Position numbers and translations under genes: made by a program. Shown here one piece after another: positions 18,435-27,797 of a stretch of 64,000 nucleotides of DNA (positions within the stretch are counted from its first letter, which is position 1; each line of letters starts with the position of its first letter). Under the pieces are notes generated by a model. That model searched no databases, was not told the origin of the DNA, and saw only the letters and a program-made list of their open reading frames with translations. This DNA is from Spirochaetales bacterium (GTDB taxonomy: Bacteria > Spirochaetota > Spirochaetia > SZUA-6 > RPPD01), in assembly GCA_016930675.1 (NCBI GenBank), contig JAFGGG010000003.1, positions 2,879-66,878 of the forward strand, read 5' to 3'.

Positions 18435-19271
18435 ATGTTAGAACCTTTAGACGATTATTATGTGAATCTCTTCAGTACTCTCATCTATAATCAAAGCGGT
18501 ATTCACTTTTCCAAAAATAACAGATCAATCCTTGAGAACAGACTCCGTGAACGCTTAAAGGCAATGAAAATCGATAATATCCGCAGCTATTATGAGATTA
18601 TCATCAAAGATCCTGAAGAGATGAAAGTACTTCTTGATTCGGTTACGACAAATCTCACCCGCTTTTTCCGTAACACCGGTCATTTTCAAACTCTCGAACA
18701 CTATATCATTCCCAAGATTATTTCGTTTAAAAGAGAGAAGGGAATGAACCATATACGAGTGTGGAGTGCCGGCTGTGCGACCGGTGAAGAACCGTATTCC
18801 ATTGCCATGGTGCTTAAAGAGCACCTTCCACTTTCCTTTTCCGCAGAAATAGTTGCTTCCGATATTAGCCTGACATCCCTTTTAACAGCGCGTGAAGGTT
18901 TCTATAACGAGGCAAGGATTGGAGATGTTCCTCTGGCTTATCTAAAAAAATATTTCGAAAAAAAATCCGAAGGTTACAAAATACGCGAAGATCTGAAAAC
19001 AATGATCAAATTCGACTATCATAATTTAAAATATGAAAGCGGATCTAAAAACATCGATATTCTTTTTTGCCGTAATGTTATCATCTACTTTGATGAAACC
19101 GCTCAAAAAGCACTTATAAACCGTTTTTGGGACGCAATGGGTAGCTATTCCTTCCTCATCCTCGGACATTCGGAATCATTATTCGGAATGAAAACATCTT
19201 TTGAATTTGTAAAAACAGATTGGTCGTGTATCTATAAAAAATCATTGACTTTAGCGGAGCGAAAAATTTGA
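18435..19271 (+). CDS. cheR: chemotaxis protein methyltransferase
   Basis: It has TTNLTRFFRN and a SAM-binding block IRVWSAGCATGEEPYS. Confidence 0.92.
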   Translation: MLEPLDDYYVNLFSTLIYNQSGIHFSKNNRSILENRLRERLKAMKIDNIRSYYEIIIKDPEEMKVLLDSVTTNLTRFFRNTGHFQTLEHYIIPKIISFKREKGMNHIRVWSAGCATGEEPYSIAMVLKEHLPLSFSAEIVASDISLTSLLTAREGFYNEARIGDVPLAYLKKYFEKKSEGYKIREDLKTMIKFDYHNLKYESGSKNIDILFCRNVIIYFDETAQKALINRFWDAMGSYSFLILGHSESLFGMKTSFEFVKTDWSCIYKKSLTLAERKI

Positions 19272-20377
19272 GTGCTCGGATTTCTGTCCTCATAGTTGAT
19301 GACTCCTCTATAATGAGAAAAATGATTAGAACTATTTTTGAAAAAACTCCGGATATAACAGTAGCAGCCACAGCTATGAACGGAGAGTTTGCTCTCTATA
19401 AAATGAAAACATTGAAACCGGACGTTATTATTCTGGATATCCAAATGCCCCAAATGGACGGAATTGCTTTTTTACGTGAAAAGAAATCCTTACATAATTC
19501 AACTCCTGTTATCATTCTCTCTTCTATCGCACGACGCGGAGCGCATGAAACAATGGAAGCCTTGGCTTTGGGCGCTTCGGATTTTCTTTTAAAACCAAGC
19601 TCAGAAAACGACTACAATGTACAGCAGGTTGCAGATCAGCTTATCCAGCTGGTAAGAGCCTACAGCGGTAAAAAATCTTTCCATGAAACGGATACGGCTC
19701 TGAGGTACAAAAAATATGAGTGCCTGGAATATAAAACCCCCCAGAAGTATGCCTTAAAAAAAATGATCGTACCAAAAAGGCAGCCCGGAAAAATTGAGGT
19801 GGTTGCCATTGGAATTTCCACGGGAGGACCGAGTGCGCTGCGTGATATGTGTTCGAAATTAAAGGACACGCTTTCGGTACCCGTGCTCATAGTGCAGCAT
19901 ATGCCCCCCGGTTTTACCGAGGAATTTGCCTACAGCCTCAATAAGATCTGTGCGTTGGAGGTGAAGGAAGCGCATAACGGTGACATCATAAAAAAAGGCA
20001 GGGTTCTGCTTGCTCCGGGAACCGCTCATATGGAAGTTGTAAGCAAACCATTGGCAAAAGTTATCCAATTGAAAGATTCTGAACCTGTTAATGGTCATAA
20101 GCCTTCCGTAGGCGTACTTTTTTCTTCAATCGCAGCACAGTACGCAAATCGCAGTCTGGCCATAATAATGACCGGAATGGGAAAAGACGGAGCAAAAGAA
20201 ATAGGTTCGGTTTATATAGAAGGCGGATTCACAATTGCTCAAGATGCCGCATCCAGTGTTGTGTTCGGCATGCCAAAAGTTGCGATTGAGAACGGTTTTA
20301 TCCATAAGGTCGCTTGTCTGGAAGAAATTCCGAAAATCATCAACTCCTTAGAACGCGGGCCTATCCTCAATCATTGA
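19268..20377 (+). CDS. cheB: chemotaxis response regulator protein-glutamate methylesterase
   Basis: It has a receiver domain (VIILDIQMPQMDG) and a methylesterase domain (GISTGGPSAL, MTGMGKDGA). A TTG start overlaps the cheR stop. Confidence 0.92.
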   Translation: MSARISVLIVDDSSIMRKMIRTIFEKTPDITVAATAMNGEFALYKMKTLKPDVIILDIQMPQMDGIAFLREKKSLHNSTPVIILSSIARRGAHETMEALALGASDFLLKPSSENDYNVQQVADQLIQLVRAYSGKKSFHETDTALRYKKYECLEYKTPQKYALKKMIVPKRQPGKIEVVAIGISTGGPSALRDMCSKLKDTLSVPVLIVQHMPPGFTEEFAYSLNKICALEVKEAHNGDIIKKGRVLLAPGTAHMEVVSKPLAKVIQLKDSEPVNGHKPSVGVLFSSIAAQYANRSLAIIMTGMGKDGAKEIGSVYIEGGFTIAQDAASSVVFGMPKVAIENGFIHKVACLEEIPKIINSLERGPILNH

Positions 20378-20390
20378 ATCATATTGAATA

Positions 20391-20840
20391 TTATATATCA
20401 CTGATACTTATTACCTGGGGCCAATCCTTATGTTTAAGCACCCTGCTCCTTAAAAATACGAATACATATCCCGTAATTATACCCGCCAAACCCGCACCTA
20501 CTTTGATCAATTCCGTATCGACTAAAAAAAGCTGTTCGGCCAGAAAATAACACAGAAAAAATAAGAAAAGGGGAACGATAAAAATAAAAAAGCCCGCTTT
20601 AACCGCTTTAAACGGTGAAAGCGAAACCTTTACCACATCACCTTTTTTTAAAGGGAGATCAAATCTATTAATTGCTTTTACATATTTTGCATCCTTATTT
20701 TTCAACAGCCCACATGATTTACAACCCAATGCAAACTGGCTGTCCGACTTTATACCGCAATCAGTACAGATTTCTTGATCGGCAACTTCAATGGTTATGA
20801 TTTTATTATTGATAGCCGTTACTTTACCCCGGGTTTCCAT
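20391..20840 (-). CDS. RseC/MucC (SoxR-reducing system) family protein
   Basis: The N-terminal soluble part carries Cys pairs (CTDCG, CKSCG) and is followed by two TM helices. It overlaps the upstream gene by 17 nt. Confidence 0.55.
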   Translation of the reverse strand: METRGKVTAINNKIITIEVADQEICTDCGIKSDSQFALGCKSCGLLKNKDAKYVKAINRFDLPLKKGDVVKVSLSPFKAVKAGFFIFIVPLFLFFLCYFLAEQLFLVDTELIKVGAGLAGIITGYVFVFLRSRVLKHKDWPQVISISDI

Positions 20841-21639
20841 TGAAGTACTCCTTGCACTCTTGTTTTATTCTTTGGATGGAAGTTGCCGCACCGTTATCGG
20901 CAATCTCTACGACCACGGCTTGAAGTTCCAGGCTTTCACATTTGGTTTTTGAATATTCAGGAATTTGAGTAAGGAATTTTCGTATTTCTACTTCAGGATC
21001 CAAGCCGCCGACCGAATTTAGACTTCCTGTTCTGCCTACATCACAAATAACCGCAGTGGTGTCATAAAAAATAGTTTCATCCGCAGTAGGCACCTTAGAA
21101 TGAGTCCCGATTATTGCTGATACTTTTCCCCCCAGGTGGTAAAACATTGAATATTTTTCAGAGGTTGTTGTGGCATGAAAATCTATAATTATATTATTTG
21201 TTTCCTTTTGAATTCTCTCCACCAAATGAGTTGCAAGTTGAAACGGATTGGATAGATGCACCCGGTTAAAGCCCGCTAAACCCAGCAGTGATATTACGGC
21301 AATCTTTGTTCCGTCTTTTCCATAAATAAGCCATCCTCTTCCGGGATTTTCTTTGGGATAATTTGCCGCGCGTAAAATAAAAGGAGCCTCATTTATATAT
21401 TCAGCCATATCCCGTTTATAATAGATGCACTCACCTCCTGTAATGATATTAATTCCTAATTTGTGTAAATAAATCGCATGATTTTTACCAATACCGAATC
21501 CTCCGGTAGCTCCATCGGCATTTGCTACGACAAAATCTATTGAGTATTTCTTTTTAATTTTCTGTAGCAGCTTTTTCACGCAAAACACACCGCATTTACC
21601 TACTATTTCGCCGATAAAAAGCACCCTCAGCTTACTCAA
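20824..21639 (-). CDS. ymdB: YmdB-like metallophosphoesterase
   Basis: The start MSKLRVLFIGEIVGKCG, the motif VANADGATGGFG, and the size are typical of the TIGR00282/YmdB family. Confidence 0.8.
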   Translation of the reverse strand: MSKLRVLFIGEIVGKCGVFCVKKLLQKIKKKYSIDFVVANADGATGGFGIGKNHAIYLHKLGINIITGGECIYYKRDMAEYINEAPFILRAANYPKENPGRGWLIYGKDGTKIAVISLLGLAGFNRVHLSNPFQLATHLVERIQKETNNIIIDFHATTTSEKYSMFYHLGGKVSAIIGTHSKVPTADETIFYDTTAVICDVGRTGSLNSVGGLDPEVEIRKFLTQIPEYSKTKCESLELQAVVVEIADNGAATSIQRIKQECKEYFNGNPG

Positions 21640-21705
21640 TTAATAATCCTTCCTCTCTCCTTTTAAAATAGCAAATAAGATAAAAATATGCTATATAAGC
21701 GCCAT

Positions 21706-21730
21706 TATAATAGGGCAAATTGAGAATGGC
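21706..21730. repeat. second copy of the 25-nt motif TATAAT.GGGCAAATT.AGAAT.GC
   Basis: It is 22/25 identical to 11260-11284. Both copies lie 70-100 nt upstream, in the minus sense, of a gene start (ymdB here, ptsH there). Confidence 0.4.
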
Positions 21731-21752
21731 CAGTGCCAAATTTTAATAAAGT

Positions 21753-21782
21753 GCACTTCTCAAAGTTCACATTGAGAAGTGC
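21753..21782 (-). terminator. hairpin terminator downstream of rlmE
   Basis: An 11-bp stem GCACTTCTCAA / TTGAGAAGTGC is followed on the minus strand by a T-rich tail (ACTTTATTAAAATTT). Confidence 0.5.
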
Positions 21783-21787
21783 TGAAA

Positions 21788-22396
21788 TCAACTTTTGTTT
21801 AAAAAATCGAAACCAATGTAATAAGTTTCGAACGACTCTCTGCGTGAGGCTTTGGGTTTGAATCCCTTTACGCGCTTGAAACAGGTTTTCATTTCACGCA
21901 TAAGCAGTTGTTCCTCTCCTCCCTGGAAGAGTTTGACAATCAGCATGCCGTGTTCCTTTAATACGGTTTGAGCAATTACAAGTACACGTTCGGCGATTTC
22001 CAGTGATTTTTGCGTGTCCACAAAGCGATTCCCCGTGGTGGCCGGCGCTGCGTCGCTTACCACAAGATCAAACCGTTGCTTGCTCATTATCCACGTCAAC
22101 ACAGAAGCGGAAAAAATATCTCCCTGTAAAAAGCTAAAATTAGGAAACCGCTTAGGCACTGAAATTTCCGGGGAGATATCTACTCCACAGACCCAGCCCG
22201 TGCCTTTTAAACGTTCCAATAGATACTGACTGAAACTGCCTGGTGCAGCTCCCAGATCAAGCACACGATCGCCTTTTTTAAGCAGCTTATATTTCAGCAA
22301 TATCTCCTGTAATTTATAAACAGAACGTGCCGGGTAGCCCTGAGTCTTTGCTTTGTGTGTATAAAAATCAGTCTTACGCTTCATAACCAAATCCAA
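21788..22396 (-). CDS. rlmE: 23S rRNA 2'-O-ribose methyltransferase RlmE/FtsJ
   Basis: It has ARSVYKLQEI, the SAM motif VLDLGAAPGSFSQ and DLVVSDAAP. Confidence 0.88.
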   Translation of the reverse strand: MDLVMKRKTDFYTHKAKTQGYPARSVYKLQEILLKYKLLKKGDRVLDLGAAPGSFSQYLLERLKGTGWVCGVDISPEISVPKRFPNFSFLQGDIFSASVLTWIMSKQRFDLVVSDAAPATTGNRFVDTQKSLEIAERVLVIAQTVLKEHGMLIVKLFQGGEEQLLMREMKTCFKRVKGFKPKASRRESFETYYIGFDFLNKS

Positions 22397-22566
22397 TTAA
22401 AACAAAACCGCTTTAGACAATTGTTTTTTTGAATTAAGCATATCATTAATAGTTTATCCGGTACAGTAAACGCAATACAAGTGCTGATTTTGGTTCTGAA
22501 TACAACCTATTTAAAATTGTTTTTCTCACTATTGACATATCCTGGATATGTTCGTACTTTGATATT

Positions 22567-23268
22567 ATGAAATTTCTAGCTCTGCTGAGAAGACCGTTTT
22601 CTTATAAATATTATAATGTTACTCTCATATTAATAATTATATGCGTTGTTTTTTTTATCTTGCAGAATATAACCCCCATCACAACTATTGAGTTATTCGA
22701 CAGTCAAATACAAAAAGACGTAATTAGACGTATCAATATAATTACCAAATATTTTGCATTAATCCCTGAGGAAATGGGTCAGCACGGTTATATTTGGCAG
22801 ATCGCAACCTATATGTTCATGCATGGCGGCTTTTTTCATATTTTAATCAACATGTTGATTCTCTTTATGTTCGGGACCCAATTGGAACGAGAATTCGGGA
22901 GCAGTGAGTTTTTACTCTTTTATTTTACCGTGGGTATAGGGGCGGGAATTATCATGGCGGTTGTATACCCTCTATTAGGTATGGGTTTTATCCCCGTTGT
23001 CGGCGCTTCGGGGGCTATCTATGGATTGCTCTTGGCATTTGCCACCAGGCATCCCAACCAGCCTATTTATATTTGGGGAATACTTCCTGTCAAAGCCTAT
23101 ATGCTGCTTATTATTTTCACGGCAATTGAGATTTTCTCTCAGGTAATGAACCCGGCCAGTGGTGTAGCGCATCTGGGACATCTCTCCGGTCTTATCGTAG
23201 GGTTTCTCTACTTTCTTGTCCGTTTCAGAATAAATCCCATAACAGAAATCAGAAAAAATATTAGATAA
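22567..23268 (+). CDS. rhomboid family intramembrane serine protease
   Basis: It is multi-TM with HILINMLILF and the catalytic block VGASGAIYGLL. Confidence 0.85.
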   Translation: MKFLALLRRPFSYKYYNVTLILIIICVVFFILQNITPITTIELFDSQIQKDVIRRINIITKYFALIPEEMGQHGYIWQIATYMFMHGGFFHILINMLILFMFGTQLEREFGSSEFLLFYFTVGIGAGIIMAVVYPLLGMGFIPVVGASGAIYGLLLAFATRHPNQPIYIWGILPVKAYMLLIIFTAIEIFSQVMNPASGVAHLGHLSGLIVGFLYFLVRFRINPITEIRKNIR

Positions 23269-23356
23269 GCACGAATTGTTTAACTTTCTCTTCGTGTTTA
23301 ACAAACAATCTTTTATATATAATGTGAGGATCCTTAATCCGATAATATAACCATAA

Positions 23357-24031
23357 ATGAGTCTTTTAAAAAAAATTTTAATTATTATAATTACACTCTT
23401 TTTTTCAGCGTATGTTTTCTCTATTCAGTTCGAGCTTTTAACCATAGATGTGTGGTGCGAGCTTGAACCGCCGGTGAGAGAGCAGGATACCGAATACCCC
23501 CTTTCTAAAAAACAAGCGGCAACACATATCTTAAACGAAGCACGCTTTATTTTCTCCGGCATGATTTATGGTTTCGATTTCTCGTATGTCCCCTTCGATA
23601 AAAGCAGAAATACTCAGGAGCAATTTATACTTACCCCGATTGCGGAAATACCCTGGGGCGACAAAAACCTTAAAATTATTGATGTAGAACAAAGAAATAA
23701 AAAGCTGTTCGCAAAAGTGCAGTATGAACTGGAAGACTTTCAAATTAACAGGCGCGGGGCCTGGCTGAGCAATACCATTCCTTCAGCAACAGGAAGCGGA
23801 GAAGGCAATCTTTTTAGAAGCTATACGGAAAAAAAAACATCGTATGAACAGGCAATAAAAAACGCAATCCGAAATCTGCTCAGGCCACAGTATTTCAATA
23901 AACCCCGTCAGATAATCGGCCAGGCGCTTATCGAAGAAGCTCCGGACATCTTTATTTCATCAGGCACATACGTTTCCAAACTGAGAGTTAAATTGAAAAT
24001 CCAAGAAGTAATCCCTTACTCTGTATTTTAA
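23357..24031 (+). CDS. secreted hypothetical protein
   Basis: It has a signal peptide (ILIIIITLFFSAYVFS). No family was recognised. Confidence 0.5.
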   Translation: MSLLKKILIIIITLFFSAYVFSIQFELLTIDVWCELEPPVREQDTEYPLSKKQAATHILNEARFIFSGMIYGFDFSYVPFDKSRNTQEQFILTPIAEIPWGDKNLKIIDVEQRNKKLFAKVQYELEDFQINRRGAWLSNTIPSATGSGEGNLFRSYTEKKTSYEQAIKNAIRNLLRPQYFNKPRQIIGQALIEEAPDIFISSGTYVSKLRVKLKIQEVIPYSVF

Positions 24032-24042
24032 TAATCACTACA

Positions 24043-24122
24043 GAAAAAGCCACCGCCATGAGTGGGGGCTTTTTCTTCCACCCTTCACCCGTATACCATC
24101 AGCTTTACTGATGGTATGCGGG
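24043..24122 (-). repeat. modular hairpin repeat, copy 1 (modules C and A, inverted orientation)
   Basis: Module C is GAAAAAGCCACC..GGGGGCTTTTTC (24043-24075). The linker CTTCCACCCTTCACCC is the reverse complement of the G-rich linker. Module A is the hairpin CCCGTATACCATCAGCTTTACTGATGGTATGCGGG (24088-24122). Confidence 0.7.
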
Positions 24123-24202
24123 TTTTCTAAAAATCACCTTGAAATTTTGCCCGTTAGGACTTAGCATTTTTTATATAGTCTAAATTATGAAAGGAGTACA
24201 TT

Positions 24203-25015
24203 ATGGGACCATTTATCGGAATCGGACTTGTTGCAGGTGCCATAGCCCTGTTCGTGGCATATTCTTTCCAGAGTAAAAAACTCTTTCAAATCAAGAGTAC
24301 CGAGACTTCACAGATTAATGAGTTGAAAGAAATTTCATCAGCTGTGGCCACAGATATCGGTGGGGGATCATTCAACCAGATAACCGAGGTAAAAGGAAAA
24401 GCGGTTTGTGATAATCCTCTTACCTCAGAACTGGCAAAAGCTAAGTGCGTTTATTATTCAATGAGTGTAACACGGGAATATGAGGAAACATACTGGGATA
24501 CGGACGCTAACGGTAACCGGATACAACAGACAAGAAGAGGATCGGATTCGGTAGCGCACAATACTCGTTCCACACCGTTTTATATTCAGGACGCGACGGG
24601 TAATATTAAAGTGAATCCGGACGGAGCATCATTTGTCACAGAAAAAGCATATTCCCGCTTTGAACCGGGTGAAGTACGCGGTACATCATTACGTATCGGA
24701 GGTCTCACGATTAATTTGGGCAGTATTACCCAGTCGTCCCAAAGACGTACCATCGGCTACCGCTATGAAGAAGAGATTATCCCTTTAAACCGTGTTTTAT
24801 ATGTACTGGGAGAAGCAGCCGACGCGAGTGGAGAACTCTGCATGCAGAAACCCGCAAAAAAAGGCAGTAAATTCATTATCAGTGTAAAAAGCGAAGAAGA
24901 ACTGATAAGAAGCGCAAAAGGTTCCATGACAGTTCTCTTGATTCTTTCCCTGATTGCAGGTATCGGTGGCATAACTCTGTTTTTTCTTTCGTTATTCAAT
25001 ATTATTAAGTTTTAA
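24203..25015 (+). CDS. two-TM membrane protein, GIDE-like (family call tentative)
   Basis: It has N- and C-terminal TM helices. The central pattern (EVKGKAVCDNPLTSELAKAKCVYY ... PFYIQDATGNIKVNPDGA) matches my recollection of bacterial GIDE (PF12483) proteins. A good RBS (GAAAGGAG) precedes the start. Confidence 0.5.
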   Translation: MGPFIGIGLVAGAIALFVAYSFQSKKLFQIKSTETSQINELKEISSAVATDIGGGSFNQITEVKGKAVCDNPLTSELAKAKCVYYSMSVTREYEETYWDTDANGNRIQQTRRGSDSVAHNTRSTPFYIQDATGNIKVNPDGASFVTEKAYSRFEPGEVRGTSLRIGGLTINLGSITQSSQRRTIGYRYEEEIIPLNRVLYVLGEAADASGELCMQKPAKKGSKFIISVKSEEELIRSAKGSMTVLLILSLIAGIGGITLFFLSLFNIIKF

Positions 25016-25021
25016 AATCAA

Positions 25022-25131
25022 CATACCGCCAGCAAAGCTGGTGGTATGTGAGGGGCGGTGTAAGAAAAAGCCACCCCTTAGTCAGCATCTTTTTAACCAC
25101 CGCCATAGGTGGTGGCTTTTTCTGAAGTAAA
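25022..25131 (+). repeat. modular hairpin repeat, copy 2 (modules A and C, forward orientation)
   Basis: Module A is the hairpin CATACCGCCAGCAAAGCTGGTGGTATG. The linker is TGAGGGGCGGTGTAAG. Module C is GAAAAAGCCACC ... CCACCGCCATAGGTGGTGGCTTTTTC, followed by the tail TGAAGTAAA. Confidence 0.7.
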
Positions 25132-25259
25132 AAAATTTGGATAATGGCCGGAAATTTCAAGATTCTTAAGCTACAATAAGATGTGAACAGCGGCTGACTT
25201 GAGATTCTATTGACCGCTCACTTAAAAACAGGTAGATTCATTACCATAGAGGTTATTAT

Positions 25260-26870
25260 ATGCGCATAAATTTGTCTACACTTGTATTATTTCTGCTTGC
25301 GGCTCTCTTTATTCTTCCTGTGTCATCTGAAGAGCAAAATACCGACAAGCAAAACGAGAGTATGCAAAATGATTTTGTTATCGGACTCGGTAGCCAGGAT
25401 ATTTCACTCGATCAGCTTCACGTGCATAAAAGCACGGAAATACAAATTCTTACGGCGCTTTGTGAAGGATTGATGACACATCATCCGATAACCCTTGAAC
25501 CGATTCCGGCCATGGCCGAACGCTGGACACTGTCCGACGACAAACGTATCTACACGTTTTATTTGCGTGAAAATGCCTGCTATAGCAACGGCGATCCGGT
25601 GCGGGCAGATGATTTTAAAGCCACCTGGCTGGAGCTGCTCAATCCGGCGCAACATGCTGAATATTCCGTATATTTGGATGTAATAAAAGGTGCGGAAGGC
25701 TATCGCAAAGGCAGTTCCAAGGATCCGAATTCAGTGGGCATTCATGTTCTCGGAGAGAAAGTACTGGAAATAGAACTTGAAAAACCCACCAGCCATTTTT
25801 TAAAATTACTCTGTATTTTAAGTTTTTCCCCGATTCATCCCTCTTATCTTAATACGGAGAACTGGGACAAGAAAGCCCCACTTGTAAGCAACGGTCCTTA
25901 CTTTCTTTATCAAAGAAAGGATAATGAGCTTATTCTTAAGAAAAATGAGCATTATTGGGATAATGAACAGGTAACCACAGAAAAGGTGAGAATTCTATTT
26001 TATGACGATCCCAAACAGGTAGCCTTGGATTTTAACGAAGGTAAAATACACTGGACCAGTCTTAACGACTGTGATTTTGAAGCATTGGAGGACGAATCCA
26101 AGGCTAAAATAGAAATATTTCCCATGTTCGCCACAAGCTTTTTCTTTTTTATATGCAACAAAAAGCCGTGGGATGATTATCGCGTACGTAAGGGACTTTC
26201 ACTCCTGATAGCCTGGGACAAACTGCGCTCAAAAGATTATTCACCCCTGCCCACAGACAAACTCATTCCTCCAATTCCAAAATACCCGGACAGAAAGGGA
26301 ATAAGCGCCCAAGATATCGAGCAGGGTTTAGCGTTACTGGAACAGGCAGGCTATCCCAAAGGCAAAGGGCTCCCCACCATAAGCTTTCTCATTTCCAAAG
26401 GCAATACCCTGTTTGCCGATATTGTAACCGAAACCTGGAAAAAGTATTTGGAAGTACCGATAGAATATAAGGAAATAGAGTCACACGAATTCTTTAACGC
26501 GCTTAATGCCCATGACTATACCATCAGTTCTTATACGTGGATAGGAGATTTCGCTGATCCTCTGGCTTTTTTACAGATGTGGACAAGTAAGAGTAATCTC
26601 AACGAAGCTCTCTTTGCCAACAAAGAATATGATAGTTTAATCCAGGAATCGCTGGCCAGTATCGGTCTGGAACGATATGAAAAACTGGCCCAGGCCGAAG
26701 AAATCCTTCTTCAAGAAGCGGTGATATTACCGATTAATCATATAGCATCTTACAATATTATTGATTTGGACGTAATTGACGGCTGGTACGGCAATATTCT
26801 GGATATCCACCCCCTTAAATATATTCAATACAAAAATACCTCGGTACCGCCCTGGATTGTTAAAAAATAG
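25260..26870 (+). CDS. ABC transporter substrate-binding protein, family 5 (peptide/nickel type)
   Basis: 536 aa with a signal peptide and an SBP_bac_5-like sequence (ERWTLSDDKRIYTFYLRENACYSNGDPVRADDF). Confidence 0.85.
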   Translation: MRINLSTLVLFLLAALFILPVSSEEQNTDKQNESMQNDFVIGLGSQDISLDQLHVHKSTEIQILTALCEGLMTHHPITLEPIPAMAERWTLSDDKRIYTFYLRENACYSNGDPVRADDFKATWLELLNPAQHAEYSVYLDVIKGAEGYRKGSSKDPNSVGIHVLGEKVLEIELEKPTSHFLKLLCILSFSPIHPSYLNTENWDKKAPLVSNGPYFLYQRKDNELILKKNEHYWDNEQVTTEKVRILFYDDPKQVALDFNEGKIHWTSLNDCDFEALEDESKAKIEIFPMFATSFFFFICNKKPWDDYRVRKGLSLLIAWDKLRSKDYSPLPTDKLIPPIPKYPDRKGISAQDIEQGLALLEQAGYPKGKGLPTISFLISKGNTLFADIVTETWKKYLEVPIEYKEIESHEFFNALNAHDYTISSYTWIGDFADPLAFLQMWTSKSNLNEALFANKEYDSLIQESLASIGLERYEKLAQAEEILLQEAVILPINHIASYNIIDLDVIDGWYGNILDIHPLKYIQYKNTSVPPWIVKK

Positions 26871-26877
26871 ACGCCTG

Positions 26878-27594
26878 TCACAAATTATTATTTTCTGGCT
26901 GTTCGGTAATTCGTTTTAAGAAGGTATACAATTTATCTCGATAAATAATTCCGATTACAATTAAAATAATGCCGCATAGGGCAGTGATTATTGCTACCAG
27001 CCAGTTCTTATCAGCTAAAGCCACACCGATAATTACCGACAAGATTAATCCCAACAATCTACCGCCGCTTGAAATTGTAATAAACACCCAAAACTTTATC
27101 CGTGAAATCCCTGCCACATAGGCGATCACATCTTTTGGTATGCCCGGAATAAGGAAGATAATAAAATATATTAATGCGGATCTGGTTCCTGAAATTAATT
27201 TACGCACCTTTTCAAGACTTTTATGCGGCAGAAGCGCCTCCACAAAAGGAAGCCCTAAAAAGCGCGCCAGATAAAAATTTATGGCAGAACCTATGGCGAT
27301 ACCCACGGTTGAGAGCAGAATACCCCAAAAAAAACCGAATAAATAACCGCCCGCTATTTGCGGAATTTCACCGGGAATTATGAAAACAACGACCTGGATT
27401 ATTTGCAGTAAAATAAAAACCAGAGGGGAAAGAATGCCCCATGAATTAACCCATTCCCTGACGGTATCCACGCTCTCAAATATCTTCCAGATCTGTTGAT
27501 GAAACAGGATAATGACAAAAATGAGAATAATAAAAAATGCGCATAAGAATATTATTACACCGAGTTTTTTTCTTGCTGAACTGGAATTTTCCAT
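26878..27594 (-). CDS. TVP38/TMEM64 (DedA-related) family membrane protein
   Basis: It is multi-TM with a VTT-domain-like block (FIIPGEIPQIAGGYLFG). I moved the start to MENSSS (27594), because the longer ORF-track form runs through intergenic hairpin repeats. Confidence 0.75.
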   Translation of the reverse strand: MENSSSARKKLGVIIFLCAFFIILIFVIILFHQQIWKIFESVDTVREWVNSWGILSPLVFILLQIIQVVVFIIPGEIPQIAGGYLFGFFWGILLSTVGIAIGSAINFYLARFLGLPFVEALLPHKSLEKVRKLISGTRSALIYFIIFLIPGIPKDVIAYVAGISRIKFWVFITISSGGRLLGLILSVIIGVALADKNWLVAIITALCGIILIVIGIIYRDKLYTFLKRITEQPENNNL

Positions 27595-27600
27595 TGTTTT

Positions 27601-27749
27601 GTACTTCCGAAAAAGCCACCATCTGTGGCGGCTTTTTGATTGTATAGTATTTAGTCTGTTTTGACTATAGAAAAAGCAACCACCTCCTGTTGTGACTTTG
27701 CTCCTCCCCTGCACCTGACCGTTAAATCTTCGATTTAACGGTCAGGTGC
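27601..27749 (-). repeat. modular hairpin repeat, copy 3 (modules B and C, pointing toward the TVP38 gene)
   Basis: The minus strand reads GCACCTGACCGTTAAAT-CGAAG-ATTTAACGGTCAGGTGC (a 17-bp stem, module B). It is followed by a G-rich linker, then AAAAAGCCGCCACAGATGGTGGCTTTTTCGGAAGTAC, ending 7 nt before the ATG. Confidence 0.65.
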
Positions 27750-27797
27750 TTCTCAACATTGTTGATTACATATAATATTTACTGTATATTAAGTAAT

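Noticed and set aside
26878-27714. The long form (278 aa) of the TVP38 gene, starting at 27714.
   Set aside because: The extra 40 codons run across the intergenic hairpin repeat (module C and the TATAGT hairpin) and encode an implausible Cys/Arg/Trp-rich peptide. The internal ATG at 27594 precedes the first TM helix.
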